Counted from the whole stretch's first letter, positions 12,621 through 26,063 are shown. The stretch is DNA of 63,621 bases, filler included, from Chiloscyllium plagiosum (GCF_004010195.1; 3 parts of one record of this genome joined end to end with filler, not necessarily neighbours in it), one strand, 5' to 3'. The notes: generated by a model from the sequence alone, not told the origin. Numbers and translations: made by a program.

Positions 12621-15600
12621 TAGATTTCTACTTTATTCTGGTTATAGAGTCATAGAGATGTATAGCATGGAAACAGACCCTTCCGTCCAATCATCCTTGC
12701 TGACCAGATATCCGATCCTACTCTAGTCCAATTTGCAGTAGTTGGCTAATGTCCCTGTAAACTCTTCATATTCATAGAACCATCCAGATGCCTTTTAAAT
12801 GCTATAATTGCACCAGCCTCCACCACTTCCTCTGGCAACTCGTTCCATATACACACCACCCTCTCCATGAAAAAAATGCATCTTAGGCCCCTTTTATATG
12901 TTTTCCCTCTCACCCTAAACCAATGTCCTTTAGTTTTGGACTCCACCACCCGAGGGAAAAGACCTTGTTTATTTACCCTATCCATGCCCCTCATGACTTT
13001 ATAAACCTCAATAAGGTCAACCTTCAGCCTCATACACCTCAAGGACAATAGCCCTAGCCTATTCAGCCTTTCTCTATAGCTCAAATCCTGGCAAACCTGG
13101 CAACATCCTTGTAAATCTTTTCTCAACTTTTTCAAGTTTCACAACATCCTTCCAATAGGAAGGAGGCCAGAATTGCATGCAATATTCCAAAATTGACCTA
13201 ACCAATGTCCTGTACAGCCATAACATGATCTCCCAACTCCTGTACTCAATGCTCTGACCAATAAAGGAAAGCCCACCAGAAGCCTTCTTCACTATCCTAT
13301 CTACCTGTGACTCTACTTTCAAGGAACTATGAATTTGCACTCCACAGTCTCTTTGTTCAGCAACGCTCCCCTGGACCTGGCCATTATGTGTATAAGTCCT
13401 GATCTGATTTGTTTTTCCAAAATGCAGCACCTTGCATTTATCTAAATTAAAATCGATCTGCCACTCCTCAGCCCATTGACCGATCTGATCGAGCTCCCGT
13501 TTTACTCTGAGGTAACCTTCTTTGCTGTCCACTACACCTCCAATTTTGGTGTCATCTGCAAACTTACTAACAATACCTCCTATGTCCACATTCAAATCAT
13601 TTATATAAATGACAAAAAGTAGAAGACCCAGTACTGATCCTTGTGGCACTCCACCGGTCACAGTCCTCCAATCTGAAAAACAACGCTCCACCACCACTAT
13701 CTGTCTTCGACCTTCGAGCCAGTTCTATATCCAAATGGCTAGTTCTCCCTGTATTCCATGAGATCTAACCCTGCTAACCAGTCTCCCATGAGGAACCTTG
13801 TTGAATGCCTTACTCAAGTCGATATAGATCACATCTACCACTCTGTCCTCATTAACCCTCTTTGTAACTTCTTCAAAAATCTCAGTTAAGTTCGTGAGAC
13901 ACAATTTACCGTGCACAAAGTCATGTTGACTGTCCATAATCAGTCCTGGCCTTTCTAAATATATGTAAATCCTGTCCCTCCAGGATTCCCTCCAACAACT
14001 TGCCCACCAATGACATCAGGTTCACCGATCTATAGTTCTCTGGCTTTTTGTTACCACCCTTCTTAAATAGTAGTACCACATTAGCCAACCTCCAGTCTTC
14101 TGGCACCTCACCTGTGACTATCAATGATACGAATATCTCAGCAAGAGGCTCAGCAATCACTTCCCGAGCTTCCCACAGAGTTCTAGGGTACACCTGATCA
14201 GTTCCTGGGGATTTATCCACTTGTATGTATTTCAAGACATCCAGCACTTGCTCCTCTATAATATGTACATTTTTCGAGATGTCACCATCTATTTCCCCAC
14301 ATTCTATAACTTCCATGTCCTTCTCCACAGCAAACACTGATGCAAAATACTCATTTAGTATCTCCTGCAGCTCCACACAAAGGCTGCCTTGCTGATCTTT
14401 GATGGGTTCTATTCTTTCCCTAGTTACCGTTTTGTCCTTAATGTATTTATAAAAGCTCTATTTGATGAAAGTGATCTCATGTCCCCTTTTTACCCTCCTG
14501 ATTTCCCTCTTAAGTATACTCCTACTGCCTTTATACTCTAAGGATTCACTCGATCTCTCCTGTCTATACCTGACATATTCTTCCTTCTTTTTCTTAACTA
14601 AAACCTCAATTTCCCTAGTCACCCAGTATTCCCTACACCTACCAGCCTTTCCTTTCACCCTGACAGGAATATACTGTCTCTGGATTCTTGTTATCTCATT
14701 TCTGAAGAGTTCCCATTTTCTAGCTGTCCCTTTACCTGTGAACATCTGTCCCAGTCAGCTTTTAAAACTTCTTGCCTAATACCGTCAAAATTAGCCTTCC
14801 CTAGTTTACAACTTCAACTTTAGATCTGGTCTATTCTTTTCCATCACTATTTTAAAACTAAGAGAATTCTGGTCACTGTCCCCAAAGTCCTCCCCCATTG
14901 ATACCTCAGTCACCCGCCCTGCCTTATTTCCCAAGAGTAGGTCAAATTTTGCACCTTCTCTAGTAGTACATCCATATACTGAATCAGAAAATTTTCTTGT
15001 ACACACTTAACAAATTCCTCTCCGTCTAAACACTTAACACTATGGCAGTCCCAGTCTATGTTTAGAAAGTTAAACTCCCTACCATAACCACCTTATTATT
15101 CTTACTGATAACTGAAATCTCCTTACAAATTTGTTTCTCAATTTCCCTCTGACTATTAGGGGGTCTATAATACAATCCCAATAAGGTGATCATTCCCTTC
15201 TCACTTCTCACTTCTCACTTCCATCCAAATAACTTCTCTGGATGTATTCCCAGGAATATCCTCCCTCAGTACAGCAGTAATGCTATCCCTTATCAAAAAC
15301 GCTGCTCCCCTCCTCTCTGTTCTCCCCCCACCTCCCCCCCACCCCCCGGCCAATCTTTCTAACCTTTCATGTAGCATTTGTATCCTGGAACATTAAGCTG
15401 TTAGTACTGTCCATCCCTGAGCCATGTCTCTGTAATTGCTTTGATATCCCAGTCTCATGATCCTAACCATGCCCTGAGTTCATCTGCCTTCCTTGTCTGG
15501 CCTCTTGCATTGAAGTAAATGCAGTTTAATTTTCATTCCTAACTTGTTTTCTGCTTTATTTCTGCTTGCCCTGACTGTTTGACTTGCTTCTTTTCTCAAA

Positions 15601-15932
15601 TGTACCAGTCCCAGATTGATCTCTTTCCTCACTATTTTCCTGGGTCCCACCCCGCCCTCCCCCACCTTACTAGTTAAATCCTCCCTCACAGCTCTAGCAA
15701 GTCTCCATTCTGGTATATTAGTTCCCTCCCAATTCAGGTGCAGTCCATCTTTCTTGTACAGGTCACTTCTAGCCCAGAAGAGATTCCAATGATTCAAAAA
15801 TGTGAATCCTTCTCTCCTGCACCTGCTCCTTAGCCATGTAATCATTTGATCTGTCCTCCTAATCCTACCCTCACTAGCTCATAGCACTGGGAGTAATCCA
15901 AATATTACTACCTTCAAGGACCTCCTTTTTAA

Positions 15933-17216
15933 GGTTTGCTAGCTGAGCTGGAAGGTTTGGTTTCAGACGTTTCATCGCCATACTAGGTAACATCATCAGT
16001 GAGCCTCCAGATGAAGCACTGGTGGTATGGCTTGCTTTTTATTATGTGTTTAGGTTTCCCTTGGGTTGGTGACACCATTTCCTGTGGTGATTACATTGCC
16101 TGTGGTGATGTCATTTCCTGTTCATTTTCTCAGGTGGTGGTAAATGGGATAAAATGTCAATGTATTTGTTGATAGAGTTCTAGTTGGAATGCCATGCTTC
16201 TTGAAATTCTCTCGCGTGTCTCTCTTTGGATTGTCCGAGGATGAATGTATTTTTCCAGTCGAAGTGGTGTCCTACATTTCTAGATGTTGTAATAGAGCAA
16301 ACAGCCAACGGGGAACTTCAAACCAGCGACCACAGGAAAACAACACATACAGACCAAATACTGAACTACAGAAGCAATCATCCCAACATTCACAAACGAA
16401 GCTGCATTAGAACATTATTTCAACAAGCCACCATGCACTGTAGCACAGAGGAACTACTAAGAGCAGAGAAGAATCACTTATAGTGTGTTCAAAAAGAATG
16501 GGTATCCAACGAGCACGGTGATTTCTCAGCAACAAACCCAAACAAGCAGACAAAACACGTCCAGAAACCTAAGCCACTCTCCCCTACATCAAAGACATCT
16601 TGGAAATGACTGCCAGACTACTCAGACCTCTTGGCATCAGGATAGCCCACAAACCCACCAATACACTAAAACAGCAACTAATGAACTTGAAGGACCCTAT
16701 ACAGACAACAAGCAAAACTAATGTCACTTGCAAAATACCTTGCAAGAACTATAAGAAACACTACATTGAACAAACAGGCAGAAAACTAGCCACCAGGGTA
16801 CATGAACATCAACTTGCCACAAAAAGACATGACCCATTCTTACTAGTATATTTACATACAGATAAGGAAGGGCATCACTTCGACTGGGATAACACATCTA
16901 TCTAGGACAAGCCAAATAGAGATGTGCACGAGAATTCCTGCAAGTATGGCATTTCAATCGGAACTCGATCAACAAACACTTTGATTAGGATCCCATTAAC
17001 CACCCCCTGAGAAAAAGAACAGGAAATGATGTCACCAACCCAAGGAAGTCTAAACACATATAAAAAATGTGGCCCATACCACCAGTACTTCATCCGGAGG
17101 CTCACTAATGATATTACCTAGTATGGTGACAAAACATATGAAACCGAACCTTCCAGCTCAGCGAGCAAACCTACATTCAGAACCTCAACCAGAAATATAG
17201 ATCTTTTCAAAACTCA
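15933..17216 (+). mobile_element. Penelope-like element, 5'-truncated, with inverted terminal segment
   Basis: PLE RT C-terminus (FLDV, HRKTTHTDQILNYRSNHP) and GIY-YIG region (YIEQTGRKLATRVHEH). 15933-16273 is an inverted copy of about 16871-17172. 9-bp TSD CCTTTTTAA at 15924-15932 and 17217-17225. Confidence 0.92.
15963..16002 (-). ncRNA. Minimal type I hammerhead ribozyme motif (PLE-associated)
   Basis: Reverse complement reads UCA-CUGAUGA-U-GUUACC(UAGUAU)GGCGAU-GAAA-CG-UC/UGA. Core intact, 3-bp stem I, stem II with a mismatch. Confidence 0.7.
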
Positions 17217-18040
17217 CCTTTTTAAATTCCTGCTTTACTTTCTATATTCCCTCTTCAGAACCTCATCCTTTTCCCTTCCCATGATGTTAGTTCCAATGTG
17301 TACAATGACCTCCTGCTGGTCCCTCTCCCCTTTGAGAACATTCTGCACCCTCTCTGAGACATCCTTGATCCTGGCACCAGGGAGGCAACACATCATGCTG
17401 ATTTTTCGCTGTTGGCTGCAGAAACATCTGTCTGTGCCTCTGACTAGAGAGTCCGCTATCACAATCGGTCACTTGGTACCTGACATACCCCTCATTACAG
17501 TTGAGCCTGTCTCAATACCAGAAACTTGGCTGTTCATACTACATTTCCCTGCAAGTCCATTGCCCCCTATATTTTCCAAAACAGCATACTTGTTTGAAAT
17601 AGGGATAGTCACAGAAGACTCCTGCACTACCTATCTACCTCTCCTACCTTTCCTGGAGTTAACTCATCTACCTGATTGTATCTGTGGCTTTTGTCCCTGC
17701 CTATAACTGCCATCCATCACACCCCCTAGCTCTTGTAAATTCCTTGTTGCCTCTAACTGCCACTCCAATCAATATATGCGCTATGATAGGATTCGCAACC
17801 AAAGACACTTGCTGCAGATATAATCATCAGTAACATGAAAACTCTCCCTAAGCTCCCACATCCAACAGATGTACATCTATCACTCTACTAAAGGCCATCT
17901 TTGATCTTTCACAATCTATAGACCCAGAAAATAGCACCGTCTGTTTGTTCTTAAAATAAAACAGTGCTCCAGGCTAACATTGTACTTATGGTTTACATTT
18001 TTAAAATTTAATCAAGAGATAGATTTCAATAAAACATATA

Positions 18041-18792
18041 CAGAGGAACCTCGATTATCTGAACGAGATGGGCAGGCACTATTTCATTCGGATAATTGAT
18101 TTTTTGGTTAATTGATTCCCTCTGGGGCTTGGAGTTTTCTGTGAAGTGTGCTCCCCGTTCAGGGAACTAGGCAAAAGCACACTGCGTATGAGACCCGCTC
18201 CCTGCCCCCTCCCCCCATCCGCCCCCAACCCTGTCCACTCTCACCCTGCCTGACCCCAACCCTGTCCAATACCACCCTCCCGGTCTGCCCGCAACCCCAA
18301 CCCTGTTCCCCCAACCCCACATCCCTGTCCATCCTCACCCACCATCCAAACCCCGTCTGCGCCCCTGACCCATCCAAACCCCCTCCCCCAACCCTGGAGC
18401 AGCCGGACTGTACACCAACAGTAAGACTGCTGCTGCCTTTTTGGAGTAAGTCTCATGTTCCACCTCTGCCCTGTACAGGACAACGTTGGAGAGATTTTCT
18501 GGGGAAGGGGGGGCGGGGTTTAGAGTTCACCCCTGTGTAGAACTCCAGGGAAAGTGTTGGGGGAGGGGGGGAGAGAAAGAGAGAAGGCGGGAGGTCAGTC
18601 ATTTTGAGACGGTGCCTGGACTGTCCAGGACTGTTCTCAGCAGTATTTCAGTGAGCTGAGTTCATTTTTAATCAGTGTACCTATAAACAAAAGGCGCGAT
18701 CAGGGTTGAAACAGCTCTTTAATGTAATGTTTCTATTGGGACCTTGAGATCTCCTTTGGATAATTGATATTCGGATAATCGAGGTTCCTCTG
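18041..18792. mobile_element. pogo/Tigger-like (Tc1-mariner superfamily) non-autonomous DNA transposon
   Basis: 23-bp TIRs CAGAGGAACCTCGATTATC(T/C)GAA, TA TSD at 18039-18040 and 18793-18794, subterminal GGATAATTGAT repeats, C-rich interior, no transposase. Confidence 0.9.
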
Positions 18793-20638
18793 TAATCAAG
18801 AAAGAACCCACTCTACTCACTACTGTAGACGTTAAAAACTATGCACTTTTCTGTTCCTGCGCTGTAAGCTTTCCCACACAGGTTCCTCCAAGGTCAGCTG
18901 TGAATTTTGCTGTTTGTTAATTTTTCCCATGAACTCAATCAGCAAAGACAGTAACTGCACACATTCACTGCTGTGTCAGTTAGCAGTGTAGGTTTCTTTC
19001 TCTTTCTCCCTCACAAACCATGTGCTCGCTGCTTTTGGTCTGTCTTTCTCTCTTTTAAAAACGGTGTTGTTTTGACATTTTTTCCACAAAATTCCAAAAC
19101 AATGCAACAGCATATGAAACAGTAATTACTGCTCCTGGAATTCGAGGAAATCACTTCCAACACCTAAAATACCTCAAAAAAGGAAAAGCTTTTACAGCCA
19201 CAAGGTAATCATTGAGGCATGTTGTATGATTATTCTTTGGCACTGGGATGATGTGGTCTTCTTGAAGCAGGTGGGTACTTCAGATCATAGGTAACACTGT
19301 GAATACCACGGCTGGCAAGTTCTCCTCCAAGCCACTCACTACCCTAACTTGGAAATATATTACCATTCTTTCACTGTCGCTGGGTCAAAATCCTGGAATT
19401 TCTTCCCAAAGGGCATTGTGTGTCTACCTACAGGGTGTGGACTGCAGCAGTTCAAGAAGTCAGCTTAGCACCACCTTCTCAAGGGCAACTAGGGACAGGC
19501 AATAAATGCTGTCAGTGATCCCCATGTCCCACGAGAGAATTTTAAATCAAAATGAGTTGTGCTGCAGTGCTACAGGAGAACTAGGTTGGAACAAAAATGA
19601 AAAGTGCAAGAAGCATTTTTGTTTTTTTCTCTCCACAGATGCTCCTAGACTTGCTTGATATACCTGGCATTTTTGTATTTTCTTTAAATTTTCCAGCGTC
19701 TGCAGTATTTTTTTTTATGGTTGAAGTTGAACAGCAATTTTGACTGGGCTGTGCAGGAGTCAACAATAAATGCTGTAGGCATGGGTACCCAAACTCAGAA
19801 GATACAGTTAAGATCTGACAAAGAGAACTCAAGAGGGCTGATTCATGAGCAGACTATTAGCAAGTTAGATTCAGTATGTACACATTAAATACATTCTATC
19901 CTATATGTATTTCATTTGAGGGATGAGATCATCACAGAAGTTGAAAAGGGTCCTAATTGACTAGCCATTCTTCATGTTAGAATCATGTGTGGAGACAACA
20001 AATGGAGGGAAATAATATGATATTGTCAAATCCATTTGGTCATATGTTACTAGTCAGGCACACTTTGGGTATTATATACGGCTCTGACTGTCTCAGCCTA
20101 AGGTAACCCTTTGGACCACACTGAATTTGCAGAGAACAGAAGGAAACCTGTTCCCAACCTTAATTATGGTAAAATACGACTTGTTGGGCTCAGAGCAAAA
20201 CTTCTCTGAGAGGTTCTGATGGAGATGAGATACAAATCTTCTTTCGAATTAACCTGAAACAAGGTCGCAAAATCAAGAAACCATATATTAAGGAGAGAAA
20301 AGGTGAAAATTATGACAGATATTTGGAAATATTGCTGCATAGCGAGTGATGATCAAATAATAAGGGCAGCTCAAAAGTTTAATTGAGATCAAAGCCTGAT
20401 TTATGAAATAGCTGCAAGGGAAAGCTAGCACCACGTTACAAAAATATGCAACAACATGTTCAGGATCGGTTTTATCTAAATGCACTTTTTTGAAAATTTG
20501 TACAATTCCCTTTTTAATTACTGCGGTGAACAGTAAGCACATGTTCAAGCACCTGCTTGAACACATATTGTTTAGTGGGCATGCTTTAAGTGGTTAAATT
20601 ATTGTAACTACTCCGTTGAACTTTTGTTTTTAATTTAG

Positions 20639-20785
20639 TTTGGACGACCTGGCCCTCCAGGGGATGTTGGAATTGAAGGCAGACGTGGTGTGCCTGGAAT
20701 TCCTGGTCCACGAGGCTTTCCAGGGCCCATGGGGGAGCGAGGTGAAGCAGGGCAAAGAGGGGAACCAGGATCTGTAGGAGCGCAT
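20639..20785 (+). CDS. Collagen exon (147 bp) [49 protein letters not shown]
   Basis: atttag|...|gtgagt; F followed by 16 Gly-X-Y triplets. Confidence 0.97.
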
Positions 20786-21049
20786 GTGAGTTCAATTTCA
20801 TCTTAAATTAAGTTTAGAAGAAAAGTCAAACTGTTCAATCTCTGCTTTTTCTGGAAAACAAATGCTTCAAGCTACTTTAAGCTTTGTCTTCCATTTCTAA
20901 TTGTGTTGAAACCCCTTTAATCACATTTAGCATATATAAAATTGCTGCATTTCTGACATTATATTGACAGTGGTGACTGCACTTCATTGTTTATAAAGCA
21001 CTTTGAGATGTTTGATGTCACGAAATGATCATGTCATTTCCAAGCCTGT

Positions 21050-23700
21050 GCACAATGGCTATCACTAGAGAAAAATATGTTAGGAAAACTAATGGGGCTA
21101 AAGGCTGATAAATGCTCTGGACCCAATGGGTTGCACCCTAGTATATTAAAGAAAGTAGCTACAGAGATACTGGTTGCACTAGTGGTCATCTTCCAAGAAT
21201 CCTTAGATTTTAGATAAGTCCCAGAGGACTGGAAAAATGCCCACGTAACACACTTATTGAAAGGGAGGGAGCTAACTGGAGGCCAGTTAGTTTAATAGCT
21301 GTCATTGGGAAGATGTCATTTTTTATTGGAAGGGATGTAATAGCAGAGCATTTAGAAATACATAATATAATCATGATGTCTGACAAATTTATTACAGTTC
21401 TAGGGGGAGGAAACAAACAAATTCATCTAAGTAGATGGCTGGTGAGGAAGATCTTTTAACGTGGGAACGCTATTGCATAGACCTTGACAGAAAGTAGATT
21501 CAGTTCCAATGGCAAGGAATCCTCAATGACTGGGAATCCAGGAACAGGAGTAGGCCATTCAGCCCCTTAAACCTGTTTCAAGATTTATGGAGATCATGGC
21601 TCCTCTGTGGCCTGACTCCATATACCTGACTGGCCCATATCCTTTAATACCTTTGTTTAACAAAAAAAAATCTTTCTCAGATTTAAAATTAACATCTGAT
21701 CCTGTATCCAGGAGAGTTCCAAACATCTACCACCCTTTGTGTGTAGAAGTGCTTCCCAACATCTCTTCTGAATGGTCTAGCCCTCATTCTCAGATTATGT
21801 CCCCCAGTTCGAGAGTCCTCAAACAGTGGAAATAGTTTAACATTGTCTATCCTGCCTTTTCCTATTCATAACTTGAAGACTGATCAGATCGACTCTTAAC
21901 ATTCTAACTTCTAGAAAAATAGGCCTAATTTGTGAATTCGCTCCCCGTAACTCCTAAAGTCTAGGTATCATTCTTGTAAACCTATGTTGTACTCTCTCCA
22001 GGGCAATATATCCTTCCTAATGTGTGGTGCTCAGATCAGTTCATAGTACCCCAAGTGGGGTCTAACCAGGATTTTGTATAACTGCAGCATAACTTCTGTA
22101 TCATTGTATTCCAATCCTCTAGAAGGCATAGGTTTAGGGTGGGAGGGGAAAGATATAAAAGAGACCTACGGGGCAACTTTTTCACAGAGGGTGGTACGTG
22201 TATGGAATGAGCTGCCAGAGGAAGTGGTGGAAGCTGGTACAATTGCAATATTTAAGAGGCATTTGGATGGGTATATGAATAGGAAGGGTTTGGAGGGATA
22301 TGGGCCAGACGCTGGCAGGTGGGACTAGATTGGGTTGGGATATCTGGTCGGCATGGACTGGTTGGACCGAAGGGTCTGTTTCCATGCTGTACATCTCTAT
22401 GACTCTAGCCCATCTCCCTATTACTGCAGCCATTGCAACCATTGATATCACAGGACTATCTTACACTTGAATCACTGTGGAGAATTGCATTTTGTCTAAT
22501 TCCTCCCCACCCTATCCCCACCTCCAACCTTACTGTCAAGAGTGACCCCGACCATGCATTGAGACCTCCTGACAGCATTACTGTCAGGATGAACGGAATT
22601 CACATACTCCTCTGAAACAGCAAGGTGGCAATCCATGGAAAGTGTGGTATATTAGCATGGATAGAGGATTGACTAATTAATAGAAAACAGAGTTGGAATA
22701 AAGGGGCCATCTTCAGGATTACAATCTGTATCTACGGGAGGACCACAAGGATCAGTGCTGGCACTACAGTTATTTAAAACATATATAAAGTACTTGGATG
22801 GTAGAAGTGAATGTATTCTTTCGAAGTTGGTCGATGACACAAAAATGGCTGGGAGACAAGTAACACGAATGACGCAAGGAATCTACAGAGGGATGCAAAC
22901 AGATTAAATGAGTGTTCAAAAACTAGGAAAATGGAATATAATATGGGGCTATGAATTTTGCATGAAGAGAGGAACTGAAAATTATTTAAATGATGAAGGA
23001 TTTCACAAAGCTGCAGCACAAAGATATTTGGGGGTCTTCATGCATGAATCACAAAAAGTTAACATTCAAGTTCAAAAAGTAATAATGCAGATGAGTCAAC
23101 TGTTAGCCTTTATTTCAAAGGGAATGGAGTAAAAAAAATGGGGAATTTGTTATTGAATAACTAAACAAAATGATAATGGGAATCAGGAATTAGGTCTATG
23201 ATCAGTATTTTTATGCATAGGCAAGGAGAACCAGTCTTATCATTGTCTGGTGTAAAACTAACTCTGGTGGGTTAGAGACATCCCCTCGCTTTATACAAAG
23301 CATTACAATGTACTACAGTTGCCACAATGTTTTTATCTGGGTGTCTTAGGTTATCTACTGTTTTCCCACAGATTTCACAGGCGTTACCTGTATTTCAGCC
23401 AAGGCCAGCACTATCTTGCTGATAGTGTATCTCCTATTAACTCCTAGCCTGTCTTTCCACATCTATAGTTCTCAGTTTCTATAAGACAGGATTGAAAGTT
23501 TAAACCTTAACTTACTGAAACTACTTCAACACCTTCAGAGATCTTGCTAAAACTAAACAAGGCATAGTCAGACCATACCTGGAATATTCAGGACAGTTTT
23601 GGTCTCTTTATCTAAGGAAAGCTATATTGGCATTGGAAATGTGCCAGATGGTTCATTAGATTAGTTCCAGATATGGAGGGATTTTCTTATGAGGGCTATA
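21050..23700. mobile_element. Mosaic of CR1 fragments in both orientations, including a young HER1-like 3' end at 22124-22407 (+)
   Basis: FSQRVVRVWNELPEEVVEAG and tail CTCTATGACTCTA, surrounded by decayed RT pieces. Confidence 0.78.
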
Positions 23701-25886
23701 TAAGTAAATTAGTTAAAAGGTATACATTTGATCATGAAACAAAAGGAACAACACTCAACAGGAAAGGGAGAAGCGCGTTTCTGATTTCATTGTAACCACG
23801 TTACTTAGTCTGCAAGTTTTTCTTATCCAAAAAAAGAGTGAGCTTTCATCTTGGCAACAGCGAGCTAGAAGCACCACTCCCTCTTACTTTGAGTCTCAGC
23901 TCTTGGGCTAAGTCCTTATTTCTCTCTCTCTATTTCTCTCTCTCTTGACTTGAGATTTGTTTGCTCTCAGGCTCAGGTTGGTGCATTATAATGCATGCAG
24001 TGAGCACAGTACACATTGCATGGCCATGACCTTTGAAGAAAGCAACACTAAAACCTGCTAATGCTGCTTACTGGTTTGACTTGTATACCTCAGAACAGTG
24101 CTCCAGTATGACCAGTACATTTATTTCTAAATATTACTGTTTTTTTTAACTGATTTTTCCTTGTGGAGGAAAACATGCATTATGTACCACCATGCTAACT
24201 GTGCAGAAATGTTGCTTGAGTCTGTAATTACCTTTCAATTAAGTGGACTCTGTTGCCATTGCAAGTTAATTTATAGTTTTAAAATCTCCTGAATTGCTTT
24301 ACATAGTTGCTATGAGATTGAAGGAAAGTCTGGTCTTATTCTGGCCTATTCGTCACCCTTTACAACAAGACCCCTTCAGACCTTGCCCAGGCCTCTGAGT
24401 GTCCAATGTGATTCTGTTGCACTTTACGTGTGCTCCAATTACAAACCTGCTTTTGGGGTCTACTCCAGGACCTTGCAATGGCCACCACGCCAAGTTCCAC
24501 TGCTTGTACTGGAGAGAGCTGCAAACTTCTAATTGTCCAGCAGCTCTCCCCAGCAGCAGATATTCCCCCATGGCAGACTGGGAACCCAAATGGCTGCCAG
24601 CAGATTTCCTCCCTTGGGATTTAATGGACTCTCAGCAATGGCCATGTCAGGTTTACCACCTACAGTACAGCTGTGGTGTACCAGCCTGCTTCCATGACCA
24701 TTAAAGTCTAACCTTTGGTTTCACCCTGTGCGAAATAATTAATTTTTAAGGTTGGTTTCCGAGCCCACAAGGTATTGAATGCCATCTTTCTGGCTGCTCT
24801 CACAGGTCAGGACTATCAACCACTGAGAGAAGCTAACAATCAGAAACAGAGGTCTTGAGTTTAATATTGAACAGAGGGCATTGCACAGCATGCTCCCACT
24901 CATCTGTGTAATGGAGCTGTGCGTGTATGGGTGTGGAGGGGTTGTGTTTGGTGACGTGAAAACCAGTTATTTGTATGTCTTTCGGGAAGGCACCAAACAC
25001 ATGGGCGGACTGCATTTGGAATGTGCAGAGCTGAAGCCGAAATATCAGAAGGAGCATTCAAACATCCCACCAACCACTCCTTCAGTCATCACCTGCTGCA
25101 CACATGGCAGAATTTGCAGATTTGGACATTGTACCAACCATCTCAGAACACATCATATCAGAATATCATCCTTGACCTGGAGGGGCTACCCAAGAAGAAA
25201 GATTCTTTGAACTTAAGGCTACTAGTTTCCATGCAACAAACATGGAGAACCAATCCCATATTTGTGTAATAGACAGTTGAGACCAATATGTTTGCAGAGA
25301 ACCACTTCCATTAGTTATGGTGAAAGCAAACAGACAATCTGATCCTAATGCACAAGAAGAGAAGCACCTTATCCTTCATTTTATTCTGAAACCAAACACA
25401 ACCCAACTGACATCTGAAAATTGCATGTGACACATTAATATTCGAAGGAAGATGCTGCAAAAAATTAAAAAGTGAAAGCAAAAGGATCAGATGAGGCTAA
25501 ATACGTAACGTTAAAAGTACATCTCCCTGCACTAATATTTTTTCTTCAAAATGTTATTTCTAGTTCTCCAATGTTTATGCCAAATATTTAGAAGTCACAT
25601 AAGCCAGATTTATTTCAGTGGGGATATTTGGTAAAATTTGATTATTTTTGTGATTGTAACAGGATAAAAAAATTGTTCAGTCTAATTCACACGTATTGTA
25701 CTGACTATTGTTCAGTCCAACATACTTAATTATCTTTTTTTCTGGTATTGTGTTGCCTGTAAAAAATGTGATTTTGAAATCAGAAGCTTTACAAATATTT
25801 CTGAGGTGCAATCTGTTCTTTTATAGCCCTGTTTATTTGTTGACATTTTTCCAAAAAAAATATTTACAATATTTTATATCTATTAG

Positions 25887-26063
25887 GGTCCAGGAATGCC
25901 CTTGGAACAGGTTTTTGAGTTGTGCAAAAGAGTAGTGAATGAACAATTAGCAATCTACGCATCTGCAATCCGGCGGACATGTGCAAGGGCATGTCCGGCC
26001 AATAATGTAACACTGATAGGGCCCCCTGGTCCTCCTGGATTACCAGGGAAAAGAGGAGAACAA
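25887..26063 (+). CDS. Collagen exon (177 bp): NC2 domain and start of COL1, GPGMPLEQVFELCKRVVNEQLAIYASAIRRTCARACPANNVTLIGPPGPPGLPGKRGEQ
   Basis: tattag|...|gtaagt. The amphipathic segment ELCxxVVNEQLA resembles collagen IX NC2 (from recall), and Gly-X-Y then resumes. Confidence 0.94.

Larger units (their letters stand above)
12643..19203 (-). mobile_element. Near full-length CR1 (HER1-like) LINE, decayed, with two nested insertions
   Basis: 3' tail at 12643. ORF2 RT and APE fragments at 12746-15560. ORF1 SGNH-esterase fragments (DSLVRGTDR, VHIGTN, DGLHLN) and a Cys-rich N-terminus near 17830. About 4.5 kb after removing the inserts; the 5' boundary is approximate. Confidence 0.9.

Noticed and set aside
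18148..18540. Pro-rich and Gly-rich ORFs on both strands
   Set aside because: They arise from the C-rich low-complexity interior of the MITE; no Gly-X-Y periodicity or splice sites.
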